From Vermamoeba vermiformis (taxonomy: Eukaryota), in assembly GCA_045837725.1 (NCBI GenBank), contig JBEWZL010000030.1, forward strand, positions 310,001-374,000: a stretch of DNA of 64,000 nt, given 5' to 3'. The position numbers and the translations under genes were made by a program. This document shows positions 27,935-39,972 of this stretch, in pieces; the stretch's first letter is position 1; each line of letters begins with the position of its first letter. The notes under the pieces are model-generated. The model did not search any database. It saw only the letters and a list, made by a program, of their open reading frames with translations, and had not been told where the DNA came from.

Positions 27935-30232
27935 ATGCGCCATCCGATCTGCCACCTCGCAGTATTACTGGTCTTAGCTTCGCTAATATCATTAGCGACC
28001 ACTCAATCATATGAAATTGTATACGCGCCAACGCCTCCTCAACCAAGCACCTCAACGGATGTGGTTGGATTCATCTTTCAGAACCCTACCAATCAGTCCT
28101 TGCCCGCTCAACATGTAGTCTTTGGTCACCCATTCAGTGTTGGTCAAATCAAAACTGCTGCTTCATCCGCCGTTGTCCTAGCTACTACCGACTCCGCTAG
28201 TGTGCCCATCCAGCTTAGTGTAAAAGCGACTCACAGTGATGGTTCAGTGAAACACGCAGTGCTCATCGCACAACAACCGTTAATTGCTGCCAACGAGTCC
28301 TTGCCTCTAATGTTGACAACGACAAGTCCCGCCTCCGTTGGTCCGACCGTCGACTTGCACAACTTCCCTTCCAGCTCAGTCACCGTGTCACTTTCAATCA
28401 CTCGCCCTGCCACTCAGTCATTCAGCGTCGATGTGTCTCAAGCACTGAAAGATGCCTTGTCATCCAACAGCGTGTCGTACTTCTTTCAAGGACCCTTGGC
28501 AACGCAAGGAAGAGTCGTTCTGCCCGTCATTGTGAGCTCATTCCGCATGGCATTCGATGTGACGCTGTTCTCAGACAACACGTTCTCCGTCGACATTCAG
28601 TTCTTGAACGACATTGCAATGTCACCTGTTGGAGACACACTCGTGTACGACACAACCATCACCGCCAATGGAGCAACAGTGTACAACGCGTTAAATCTGA
28701 CACACTATCAGTATCAGACATGGCACTACGTGTACTACTCAGATCAAGAGCCACGAGTGAATGTTCAATATGACATCTTGGGCCTTATTCAAGCGAACGT
28801 TATTCAACCTTATAACTACACCAACGGTATCCATCAAAGAATTATCGACGATGCAGTCAATCAGGTCCTCAGCTCACCCACGTGGGGTCAACCCTTCGAC
28901 AAGTACAGCGTAACACGATACATGCCAATGACAGGTGGTCGTCCTGACATTGGTCCCGCTCCTCTTTGGGCAGCAGCTTGGGTCATCTCGCAGAACAACG
29001 TCTTGCGTCAAGTCGTGCTTGGATGGGGTGAAGCAGCTGGTTCGGTGCCTTGGAACTACTTTGCGAAGAACACGTCGCGATGGCTGAACGTGTTTGACTA
29101 CTCGGGTCTGTGGTACGACACTCGCTGTGCTCGGTACTCTGTGTGCCCGACACAATGGACAGAAGAAGACTCTTGGACTCCCGACATCGCACACTTGCCC
29201 AGCTTGGCCTACATCCCCTACTTGATCACAGGCAGAAGATACTATCTCGATCGTATGGAAGCTGTTGCTGCATGGGCTCCTGGCAGTCACTGGGATGCTC
29301 TACGATCATTCTTTGGTCCGACAGAGTTGGGCTTGGTATACGGCGAACAACTTCGTGGGGCAGCGTGGGCTCTTCGCGAGATTGTGTTGGCATCGTACAT
29401 CAGTCCTGACGACTCGTCCCTGCAAGACTACTACGAGAGAATGATGTTCAATCACATGTCTTGGCTCGTCAATCAGACTGCAGGGTGGCAAAGCCAGTCA
29501 GCTGAAATCTACGGCTACATGTTGAACTACAACACGATTGGCTATCCAGGTGGAGCTGTTGGCATCGCAGCGTGGCAGAACGATTTTTCACGAGCACCAT
29601 CTCCATGGTCGCGAGACGAGGCAATGAAATGGCCAAACAGTACCTCAGATGGTCAAGAACCTGGAACGTTGGCAGATTCACGCACGAACCACAGTTCAAG
29701 CGTCACAACGCCATCTCCTCCGGAATGTATTTCGGCAACGGCACTTACTTTGTCCAAACGTGGGCAGAGTTGCAACACGAGCAAGAGATTCGCGGCTGGG
29801 ACAACGTCAACTTTGCGAGCAGCGGTGGATATTACGCACAGGTCGCAGAAATGTCGCTCGTCTTGCATCAAGTTGAAGACCCAACTGACACAGAGGCCGC
29901 GTCTGCTCATGCTTGGCTATTGTCATCTGGTGCCCCGTATTCAAATCTTTGGGACTTAAGAAACGATCCAACATTCGGGTAAGATCCAGATCTGACTCGC
30001 GTTGTCAACACTTTCTAATTATATTATTGATATTAGTATGGCAACATACCCAATGCGCGTCGCTTCTCCAACTGCGGTTGTAACGAATCCACCATCGACG
30101 GGAAGTTCAAATCCAACTTCAGGCTCAAATCCGACTGGAAACATAACACCAACTACTAGTGTGACATCATTGGCAATTCGATGTTGCAATTTGGTTGCAT
30201 TGATGTTCGTTGTCCAATTAATTCTATTTTAA
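27935..30232 (+). CDS. Secreted, probably GPI-anchored protein of a bacterial-type family (RIFT-barrel/PcRGLX-like N-terminus); apparent homopolymer frameshift at ~29585
   Basis: Signal peptide. Motifs VVFGHPFSVG...QLSVKATHSDGSVKHAVL, YMPMTGGRPDIG, DIAHLPSLAYIPYLITGRRYYLD and QLRGAAWALREI. A single intron 29979-30036 is followed by an S/T/P stalk and a hydrophobic tail. Confidence 0.65.
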
Positions 30233-30497
30233 GTAAAGCGGACTTGGTTAATTTTATTATAATTACGCTTGACGTGACACTTTGACAAGTCAAGAAATAA
30301 CATGAACAAGTTACCCTCGTGTTATTCACGATCGCTTATAATCGGACTTTATGGGGTTGTGCCTCCACAGACTCCGAATGCGATGCATCACAATATAAAA
30401 TATTTCCTTTTCAGGTAATTAGTTTTGAATTGTTTTTAAGCACGATAGTTGCCAAACTATTTGAAAATTTCAAACGCCGACGTGATCACGACCACAA

Positions 30498-32708
30498 ATG
30501 AGCATCTCTCTTCAAGCCGTTGCAGTTCTTCTGCTGTTGGTGGTTGTTCAAATTGACAATGCATCGGCAAGCCGAGTAGTTTATCCTCCGGGACCGTAAG
30601 TACTGACATTAGCTCGTTGTAAACATCATTCACACGTATGTGAAAGCTAAAACAACCTCTACTATAGTTACCCTGAATTCAACACTCCTGTCATGACGAA
30701 TGGCTTTGTAGGCGCACCATCCGACTTTTCAGTCACTGCCAACATCACCGTTCAGGTAAAGCATTACATGATTAAACGTGATACATGTCTTCTTGTCGCC
30801 GGTTAATTAAACAAACCTCCTGATTCAATATCAGTCCTTATCGGAACGTCGTTTCTAATTTTCCTTCTTTAGTACCCTGGATGCTCTTCATATGCCGCCC
30901 CCGGCATGCTTGTGATATCAATGACTGGATGGTGCCATATCTCTGACAAGTTTAACTTGGCGAGAGAAGGTAAACTTGAAGCTAACTTAATTGTGCGGCA
31001 ATGCCACGCAATTCAAAACCAAAATAGGAAACGTTATCTACATCGTGATATGTTTAGCGATTAATTATTACATCTCCACATTATTGTGCATAATGGCAAT
31101 ATCATATTTACGCATTGCATTCAACAGCTGGTGCCGTTGGATTCGTCTTTTCTGGATTTGAAGCGTTGGGTGTAGGAAGAATTTCTCGAGTGCCGATTAG
31201 CAATACTCCACTTGACATACCCGCGGTCATAGTAAGTATTTTACTGTAATAGGTTGACGCCTATCAGATCTAATCAGTTTCTGCAGATCTCTTATCCCGA
31301 CTTTGGCATGCTTTACGAAATCGCCAAAACCACTGGGTCGTACATAACGATAGAGATTACTCCAGGTGAGTTTCGACGGAGAAGCCTAAAAATAGCGCCG
31401 CTAATTAATTGTCCAATTTTCATGAACTTGAACGAGATAGTAATCTCGTTGACATTTAGGCGTCAGCGAATGGCATACTAACGTTGGCAATACTGGCTGG
31501 TTCATCGCGTTAAACATTCTGTTTGGTCTTTTCTACATTGCATTGCTTGCTCTCGTGATCTACAAGTTCGTCCGAAAAGTCAAATCTACCGGCTTCACTT
31601 TGAACATTAGCTTCGCATATCTGTTCTTCCAATTCGTATTCTGCGTTAGTGAGTATCATGCTAGTATTACTATCATGACTAACATACCTGCAGTGATGAT
31701 CATTCGATGGATTGATCCAGTCTTGACTTGGGGCATTATCAGCTACGACGCCGATGCGTTTATGGACACGTGGCCTGCTACGTGGTCTTGTATCCTAAAT
31801 TTCTACAATTCCTAAAGTAGACTTTGTGGGGTTACATCCAGGATCTTACCTCCTTAAATTTCCAGAAAATTTTTCCTTAACCGTTTTGATTCAACAGTCG
31901 CTGCATTAGTCCTGATGGCCTTCTTTTGGTTCGAAGTCATTAATCAGTTTGCCAATACTAAAGTACAGCCATTCTTGACAAAGAAGTAAGTGTAACCGAA
32001 TACTTACCAAATTAGGCAATTCAAATTTAACTCGCATTTGTGTAGGATGCAAATACCCTTCTGGATACTCGTTGCTATCATTATATTGTTGCCCGCTATC
32101 AACTCCATTGTCATCGGTTACGCGTCAATTCCTGAACTTTTGACTGCCCTTTTGATCATTCCATTCATTGCTGGCATGATAGTCGCTGTATTCTATATCA
32201 TCGTTGGTATGTATTGATCACATTCAAATCTCACCAAGTTAAATTTAACTTTAAATCGATCTAGCTGTCAAAGCTTTGCAAGTCATTAAGAGATCTGAAC
32301 GATTGAACGTGGACAAGAAATCTCGTGTTAAGGGCCTAATGAGAGTAAGTAACTACTACTATATTAGGCAATTTAGAAATTGATAATACATGCGAATCTT
32401 ACCTGTGCTATATTTAGAGCCGAGTGTCCATCATCGCTTCAACAATCATTGCATGTATTTATCCTCCCTGCAACTTTTTCTTGCGCTACTACATTCTGAC
32501 GGGCAATTTATACCTCGCATTGGCTGCACTCTACGAAGAATCCCTGTTCTTAGGCCTTATCACCTTTGTCCAAATTTGGTTCATGCCTGACAAATCACCG
32601 GGCATGTCTACAACTGCGGCCAGCCGAGGGTCGTACAGCCTGAACTCGCAGAAACCTACCAATGAGGACAAAACGACCACGACCATCAATTCAACGGCCG
32701 AAGTGTAA
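30498..32708 (+). CDS. Signal peptide + PA domain + multipass membrane protein (distant paralog of the 24540 and 46270 genes)
   Basis: MSISLQAVAVLLLLVVVQ signal peptide. PA-like GC...GWCHISDKFNLAREAGAVGFVF...IPAVIIS. Several TM exons (31543.., 32424..). Confidence 0.65.
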
Positions 32709-32820
32709 AGTTAGTAGAACCATTAGTAGTGTAAAAGTATGTGAATAAATCGTTCGTAGTAAAGTTTTTCAAAATGACACGTGTCAACGCGTCAACTTTT
32801 TTACCAATCCGAAACCAACT

Positions 32821-35800
32821 CTAGTACGGCGGGAATAACACGTTCGCAAGCAAATTATCGCTAAATTGTTCTGACTTGGCGGGACTCTTTGACTTTGCAG
32901 TTCCTTTCGGCGTACCGCTCGTCGGCTTGTTCGCGTAGAACTTATCGATCTTGGTCTTTTCCTTTTTAGGCAATGGTGTCGCTTTCAACTTCTGCTGAGG
33001 ATCGCGTTGCATTTCCCACACTCGCGGGTGTTTCTTGTAAATAGCTTGGTAATAAGAGGTCACCAGATCCACGAGCTGTCGGTCAAGGGACACCACGGAT
33101 TGAGTTTCCATTTTTGGCTCGTCTTTCATCAGATTCATGATCGGCGTGTCAAGCGAAATAAGTGTCAACGTGTCACTTTGCAAGAACTTCTTTTCCAAAT
33201 AAGGAAAGTCCACTGAGCCGTCAGCCTTGACGCCAATGTTGCAATAGAACGGCAAATACACGTAAACAAATACGTATAACAGCGCCCTATTCTGCGGCAT
33301 GAGGTAGCAATAATAGTTCAACATGTCTTCGAGATACTGCTGCGGGAACGGGTACTTGACACTAGAGATCTTCTGGTACAGTTCACTGAAGTGCGATAAT
33401 TGTTGCAAAGTCATTTGATCTTTGGATCCGTACTTGAAAACGAGCGAAATTTCGTTAGGCTTAGTTTTGATATCCACCGCCTTCAATCCTTGAGGCAAGA
33501 CTAGGCTACTATTGTTATTGTCTTGAGGCTTCATCACTACCAGCTTGAAATCGTCTTGTGCGAGTGCGGTGAAGATGTGCTTTGACGGCACTAAGTAGCT
33601 CTTTTGCAGGTCTCGAATGAAAATATTCAAAGTTTTGAACTCGTACACGCTGTCAGTGTCCACGGGAACATTCTTCCTCGTTGATTTTTTTGCCGCAGTA
33701 GGTGTTTTAGCACTTTCTTCGGCTAATTCATCAAGGTCTTCATCGCTTTCAAATTTCTTTGCAGAAGTTTTTGCCACTTTGGGCGTTGGCTTTGACGCTT
33801 TTCCTTTTTTGGTTGTCTGTGCCTTGGTGACGGTCGGAGATTTCAGTTTAAGTTGTATTTTTGGCATTTCTTCTTCGTCCGTAGATACATCTTCCTCGTC
33901 CTCTTCGTCTTCTTCGTCTTCAGAGTAAGAATCAAATTTTGATTTTTCCTTCATCGCACTACCAGGGGAGGCTTTTTTCTTCGCGGCCTTTGCGTCAGCA
34001 CGCTTAGCTCGTTTTTCAAGTTGGTCCCAAGTCTCGGCTTCTTCGTCGTCGTCATCCTCTTCCTCGAGCTCCTCGTCAGATCCGCCAAACAAGTTCTCGT
34101 ACCTGCGTGGATCAGCAACTTGAAGTGATGGTTACTATGAACGTACCACTCATATATGATTTCTAATGTCTCTGTTAAGTGCTCCTCGACCATCACAAAA
34201 AATTGAAGAGCGTGATATAAAATGTGGTACTCGGCACTCTTCTTTTCAATGCCGTTTTTCTGGATGTGGTAAGCGATTTCTAATTCTTCACGTTGGAACG
34301 CGTAAGCTCTATAACTAGATTAGTATTGCCTATAAACGCACTTATTATCGTTGAACTTACCGTCGCAGAAACAAATCTTCAACTTCTTGCAGCAAGGCCT
34401 CGAACATGTCTTCCAATGTACTCTGCAAAATGGATTATTATAAGAGCAATATATACAATATGGACGTACTTGATATGACACACAGTCTACAGTATCGTCA
34501 GTACGCGCAGATGTCGCAAAGTGGCGGATGCGGTTGATGTCTTCGGTGAGCCTGTTGAACAGCTTGGCTTGATCAGCCACCGAGTAGAACGCGCCAGTAG
34601 CGTCCGCTAAATAAGGTAATTAGATTTGTGCATGGCAGGACCTTTGTTCTTACCTTCCAGACGTTGGCGTCCTCGGATCTTGAAGATCATCTGTACAACC
34701 CTGATCCGCGTTAGAAAACATCGAGCGAGGCAGAAAATTAGTAGCTACGTACTCTATAACGGCGCTGTAAACATTCTCGTTTTCAATCTGCAAGAGCTCG
34801 TCATCGAGGAGACTGTTCAGAAGGGTCGAATCCTCCAAAAACATATTTTCGCTGATATATTGCACTGCTTGTTCAACGCCCTTAAAATAATCATCCTTTA
34901 CGGACTAAAAAGAAACAGCGTTAGCACTCTGCTGCATACATGCTGTAACGTAGTAAAAAATAAAAAAGGTATTGCATCGGAAGGGATTCGAACCCTTGCA
35001 TCCGAAGATATTGGAGCCTTAATCCAACCCCTTAGACCAACTCGGGCACCGATGCGATCGTTGATTTTGGGTCGCTCGAAAAACAGGGTGTCGTCCCTAA
35101 GACAAAGAACTGCTGCTTACCTGTATGACAAATTGGTTCTTGAACCATTCTATGTCCTTCTCGGCATCTTGCTCTTTCAAAAACTTCTTCACCTTGTCCT
35201 CCACTTCCTTTTGAATGGTAGCTAACTCTTCTTCGGTCAATACAACCTCTTCTATTGGCTTGTCATCTGTAACGCTCACGTTGGATTTCTCTTGTTTTTT
35301 CTTTTGTACGAGCTTATCATGCGTCTTCTTGCGATATAGATTAACTTCTTGTCTAATTTGTTCGAGCGGGTTGTACTTCTGTGGTGTCTTGACTTGTCGT
35401 CGCGTGCCAGTTTCTAAAATCTTGCGTGCCTCTTTGACGACATTGTTGTCCTCGTTCAACAAGTCGCCGACTTCTGTATCTATAATAAGGTTAGCGCTAT
35501 TGAGGCATATATAATAGTAGCTCATACCCGGCACAGTCCCAGTCCTCAAGAACTCTTGTAGTGCGTGCAAGGTATTGGTGCTGAACGATTCCAAATCGAT
35601 TTCAATCTCATCTCCTTGTTGGATCTTCTCGAACTTTGCGACAATTTCAAGAATAGTAGGCAATTTATCAATGTCTATGTTTGAAATCTTCGCAACAAGC
35701 TCCTGCTTGTCCTCGAAACTGAACGCCACTAGCGAAGTGGGGTCAGTCGTCTCGGGTGGCTCAACAGCCTCATCACTATCCTCCTCGTCGTCTGTATCCA

Positions 35801-36239
35801 CGTCATTGAGTGCATCGGCAATCTTGTCTAGATAAGATAGGGTAAGATATTTTTCAGGATCCCGCCAAGGTGAAATTTGAGAAATCAAATTACAAGAATT
35901 TTTTGGTAGTAGAATATAATAATATCCATTTGGTGAGTATTGAGATATTGCATACGACAAATTAATAATATTATTTTTAAAATTAATAAGAAATCAAGAC
36001 TAAGTATTAACTTAATGCTGCTTACCAAGATTAAAATTGTTTTGGTTTTCTTCTAGCTTCGCTTCTTCGATAGGGAGAGGCTGATAAGTAATCACTTGCG
36101 CAACATTTATGGCAGATTTCGAGTTTGGACACGATCCAGTTGGCTTCGCCAGCAAGTCGTCATCCTCAATTACCACTATTTTTTCTCGAACAAATTTAAT
36201 TCGTTCATCTTCAATTTGTTGTGTTGTGGTTTTTTCCAT
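32821..36239 (-). CDS. Large acidic/basic nuclear-type protein with an extra-terminal (ET/NET) domain and a BACK-like segment
   Basis: In-frame splicing links ORFs 36012.., 35097.., 34650.., 34320.. and 32821... ET motif FSFEDKQELVAKISNIDIDKLPTILEIV...EIEIDLESFSTNTLHALQEFL. Confidence 0.7.
34973..35055 (-). tRNA. tRNA-Leu(AAG), intronic, sense to its host gene
   Basis: GCATCGG/CCGATGC acceptor stem, D loop with TGGTCTAAG, TTGGA/TCCAA anticodon stem with loop TTAAGGC, long variable arm, GGTTCGAATCC, and a downstream oligo-T terminator. Confidence 0.97.
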
Positions 36240-36291
36240 TGTTTGAAAAGTAAAAAGCCGATCTGACGTTCGTTATTTTTCTCGTCCTATC

Positions 36292-39200
36292 ATGGCCTCA
36301 ACAAGAAGCGCCCTAAGAGCTCTCAAGCGAGTTAATAATATTACTGCACGAAGGGCAAATAAGACTCCGTCATCCCTCTTTGACAGGAGCTCTATTCTCG
36401 AAGCCAAAACAGCGATCAAGATCTTGTCAGCAAATGGCTTGCTCAACTCCGAAAAAATTCAAAAACAATTTTTGCACACTATAAATATTGGTACGTATTA
36501 TTATACATCAGGTGCTTTGCTAAAAGACTGCAAGTTAATAATTTTAATTTTGAAAACCAAGATCTCGATTATTCTAACATTCTTGCATCATTCCAGAGCA
36601 TGGAAATAATTTCAAAAGCTTTTTGGAATCATACATTTTAAAATCAACATCAAAAGACGAAAACAAAGGTAAGCCGATCGAATGAATTCAGTAATGATTT
36701 TTGGCGCTTTTCAACGTGGCTTTTCCGAAGGATATTGTGCATTATTTTTTCTGCTATATTGTTTATGTCGATCTTATTCTTGGAGCAGATAAAGCACCAG
36801 AACAGCCACAATCCGGATCAGGTGCCAAAACCCAGCAAGAAAGCACAACCAATACACAAAACGAAACTAATACCAACACATCGTCCGAAACCAAGACAAA
36901 TACTGAAAACACGGAAAATAAAGACAAAGCTAATGAAGAGAACAAACAAAACGAAGGTGAAAATAACACGAACACTCAAAACGCCGAACAACCACAAACA
37001 GAGTACAAACCTCCTTTCCCGCCCGTTCAACCTTTATCTCCTTTCTTCTTTGCCCTAACAGCGGTTGTACTGTTTATTTACTTGTACACGTTCTTTGGTA
37101 TCAATGGTAAGTCCTCTCAAGTACTCGTGTCGCAACGGCTCTAACAGATTGGTACAGACGATAATATCAACGAGTTTTTGGAATTATCTCAAACTGCTGG
37201 CCCTGTAGAACGCTCTGAGGCTCTTATGAAGTTCAAGCGATACCTAACTTATGACCGTAAGTCTGAAGTTACCGTTACAACCTCGAAAATTGACACTTGT
37301 CATCGTAGGATTTGGCGTCAAGCTATCTCGTCGTCTCGAGCACACTGACTTTGTTAATGTCGTTCTTGACGCTTGCTGTGCTCGTGAAAAGATTGTCCGC
37401 GATGCTGCTTTCGAAGTGTTGTGCGAATTGACCAAGCACGGTACGTCACTTTGTGGATCTGTTGTTGGCTGTTACTGACATTATTATCAAGATACCCTTC
37501 GTATTAAGGCCGTAGATGCCGATGTGTTGTCGATTATCCGCAAGAATATGGATAGAGACAATTTGTATGCCCTGTTCTCCCTCGCAAACATCGCTAAGGA
37601 CGGTACGGATGTGCTGATCTGTTTCAACACACAGTAAGACTAATCGTGCACGTGTAGTAAAAGGAGCTGACCTCATCGCCCAAGACAAGTACATCGTGCA
37701 AGAGATGTTGATGTTCTTAGAGTACTCGTTCACTCCCAAACTTCCTGCCAGAACTCGATTTTTGCAACGCGCTCTTTTGATTACCCTTGGCCGCATTACT
37801 AAAAAGAGTAAGTAATGTCACCACGTACCATATAGGTTAGTGCTTATTTGTTTATTTGCTTAGAGGAAAATGTCGAACTGTTGATGAAATACCAACTTCG
37901 TCGCGGACAACTGCAAGATATTGTTCTTTCTTCTGGTTACCGTCGAGATCCCGTCATTTTGCACCACTTGACGCTCAAAGTTATGCCTGCCTTCATTAAC
38001 AACGCACCTGATGAATTTCAGAATCTCAAGTAAGTTAAAAATAGATCGGATCTTGTCTGCGGTCAAGAGGATCAGGATTGAGGGACGTGTGGCGGGAAGT
38101 GCTGTTCTTTCTTGCTAGTGGCAAGTAGTGACCCGAACACGATGTTCCAAAACGTCTCGGGCACGACCACACTAACAAGAATGCACCGCTTCCCGTCCGA
38201 TCAGCGAAGTTAAGCTTGTTCAGGCCTTCTTAGTACTGGGGTAGGAGACTACCTGGGAATCGGAGGTGTTGTGCTCTTTACTTTTTGCTTTTTGGGTCGC
38301 TAATTAACGCCTCTTTTTACTGGCCTGTAATATTATTTTCGCTAGATCGACAAATATTTTTTAACTGCGATCCAAATCCGAGCTCGATATGTGTTGCTAT
38401 GTGAGCGAACAGTCTAACTAACGGTCTCCTCTTTTAGACGTGCCCTGGAAGGACAAGGTATTAACTTGAACCGCGAGTCGTTCTTCACCCCGAAGATCGT
38501 CGGCTACATCCACTCCTCAATTCTCATTGGTCTCAGTGGCTACACTTATGCTACTCTAAAGGGCTTCGTACGTAACTTTACTATTCATAGCCTCGTCCCT
38601 AACAAATAGCAATTAGTGGCAAACGAGAAAGCATATGCCGTTGGATGCGGACAAACACGCATGGCTAAGACGCGCTTGGACTCGCTCACCACTCGTTGCG
38701 ATTGGTCTGTTCGCGTACCCTATCGTAATGTCGCATATCCTCGGTAGTATCTCAAATACTGTACGTATCAACTGGCGAGCTGAAATTTTGGATGCGCATC
38801 CACGCCGATTCAAAATATCGTAAACCTTCTCGTATTAATATGCCTATCTTAGCTTGAAATGAAGACGAATAATGAAGTCCGAGCTGTTTCTGCCGGTTAT
38901 TTGACAGCCATCCCGTTGATTTTCTACGCGCTCAAGTTCGGTCCGTACAGCATTGGCCCTAGCTTCTTGCGTCTTGAGTACCACGAAGACTGCCCGCCGT
39001 ATTACTGGAAATACTGGGAACAGCTCAAGTAAGACCTAAGACCTATTAAGCGAATACAATTACCCGTAAAGACTGGGCGAAACACTTTTCCGATCGATCC
39101 GGATGCTCTCCCTATACCTCGTGGATTAAGGAGACTCACATTTAGAAATCATACATCGCGTTATTATTCACATTAGTGAACCAATACTGACCTGTATCTC

Positions 39201-39379
39201 CGATCGGTAGATTCGATACGCGTGTGTTCTGGGGCATTCCCGACAAGGAACGCAGCCTCGAGCCCTTGATGCCTGACGAAGAGCCCGAGCCAGTAGTTGA
39301 AGAAGATAATACTGCAGGTCTTTTTAACTTGATCCAGTCACGCGCAGACCAGTTGAAGCAAGAGAAGAAGAGGTGGTAG
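36292..39379 (+). CDS. Multi-exon protein with a mitochondrial-type presequence, TM segment(s) and an ARM/HEAT-like helical region
   Basis: MASTRSALRALKRVNNITARR start (Arg/Ser rich, no acidic residues). GT-AG exon chain through 36787-37106, 37309-37440, 37864-38029 and 38438 onward, to TAG at 39377-39379. Confidence 0.6.
38159..38277 (+). rRNA. 5S rRNA gene (119 nt), inside intron 38030-38437
   Basis: Helix I GGGCACGAC/GTTGTGCTC; helix II AACAAG/CTTGTT; CCCGTCCGATC loop C; box A AGTTAAGC; TTAGTACT; GGTAG-GAGA-CTACC hairpin; TGGGAAT; oligo-T terminator. Confidence 0.96.
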
Positions 39380-39972
39380 AGTTAGACTTGATCTAAAAAT
39401 AACGACTGGATTGCACTTCAACGCGGAGGTACATAAAAATAATTTTTAACCAATCGGTTTTTGTCGGTAAGTTTGCGTTAATTAACTTGAACGGAATTCG
39501 CACGCGACGGAACAAAGGCTAAATCCGGATGAGAAGCGAACTTTTTGGAGAACGAAGGTGAACGATACGGCGAACTCATTATGACCTGTGATATGTCGAA
39601 CAGCTTCTCCATTACGTAAGTGCTGTACGAATTCTTGTTTCCTTTTATGGAAAATACAATCTCACATTACAGATTTTTTACATGCGAAATGCGGGGTAAT
39701 CGATTGAGATTATCAAATGCAAACTTTCATATGATAGACATATTATGGTATTTACTTATAGCGTATCATTACCGGCAAGAGCCAAACTACGTGATTTATT
39801 TTTAGTTTTTCAGATCCATAAAAGGAAAATAATAATTAAAAATATTTTTTGTAACGGTAACATCTCCGGTTTTAGAGCTCCAGAATAAATTTTATTCGCG
39901 ACAAAAAAATATAAATAACGACGTTACGCCATTTTTAATTCAATCACAAACACTACAACACAACAAACAAGA

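Noticed and set aside
29582-29590. Programmed frameshift or phase variation in the bacterial-type secreted gene
   Set aside because: Adding one T to the T5 run restores NDFFTST; homopolymer error is the simpler explanation.
34626-35225. 199-aa plus-strand ORF
   Set aside because: Antisense to a spliced gene and runs through the tRNA; no recognisable motifs.
39029-39210. Possible intronic H/ACA snoRNA (TCTCC...GGAGA hairpin followed by ACATTT)
   Set aside because: The hairpin is short, and there is no convincing H box or second hairpin.
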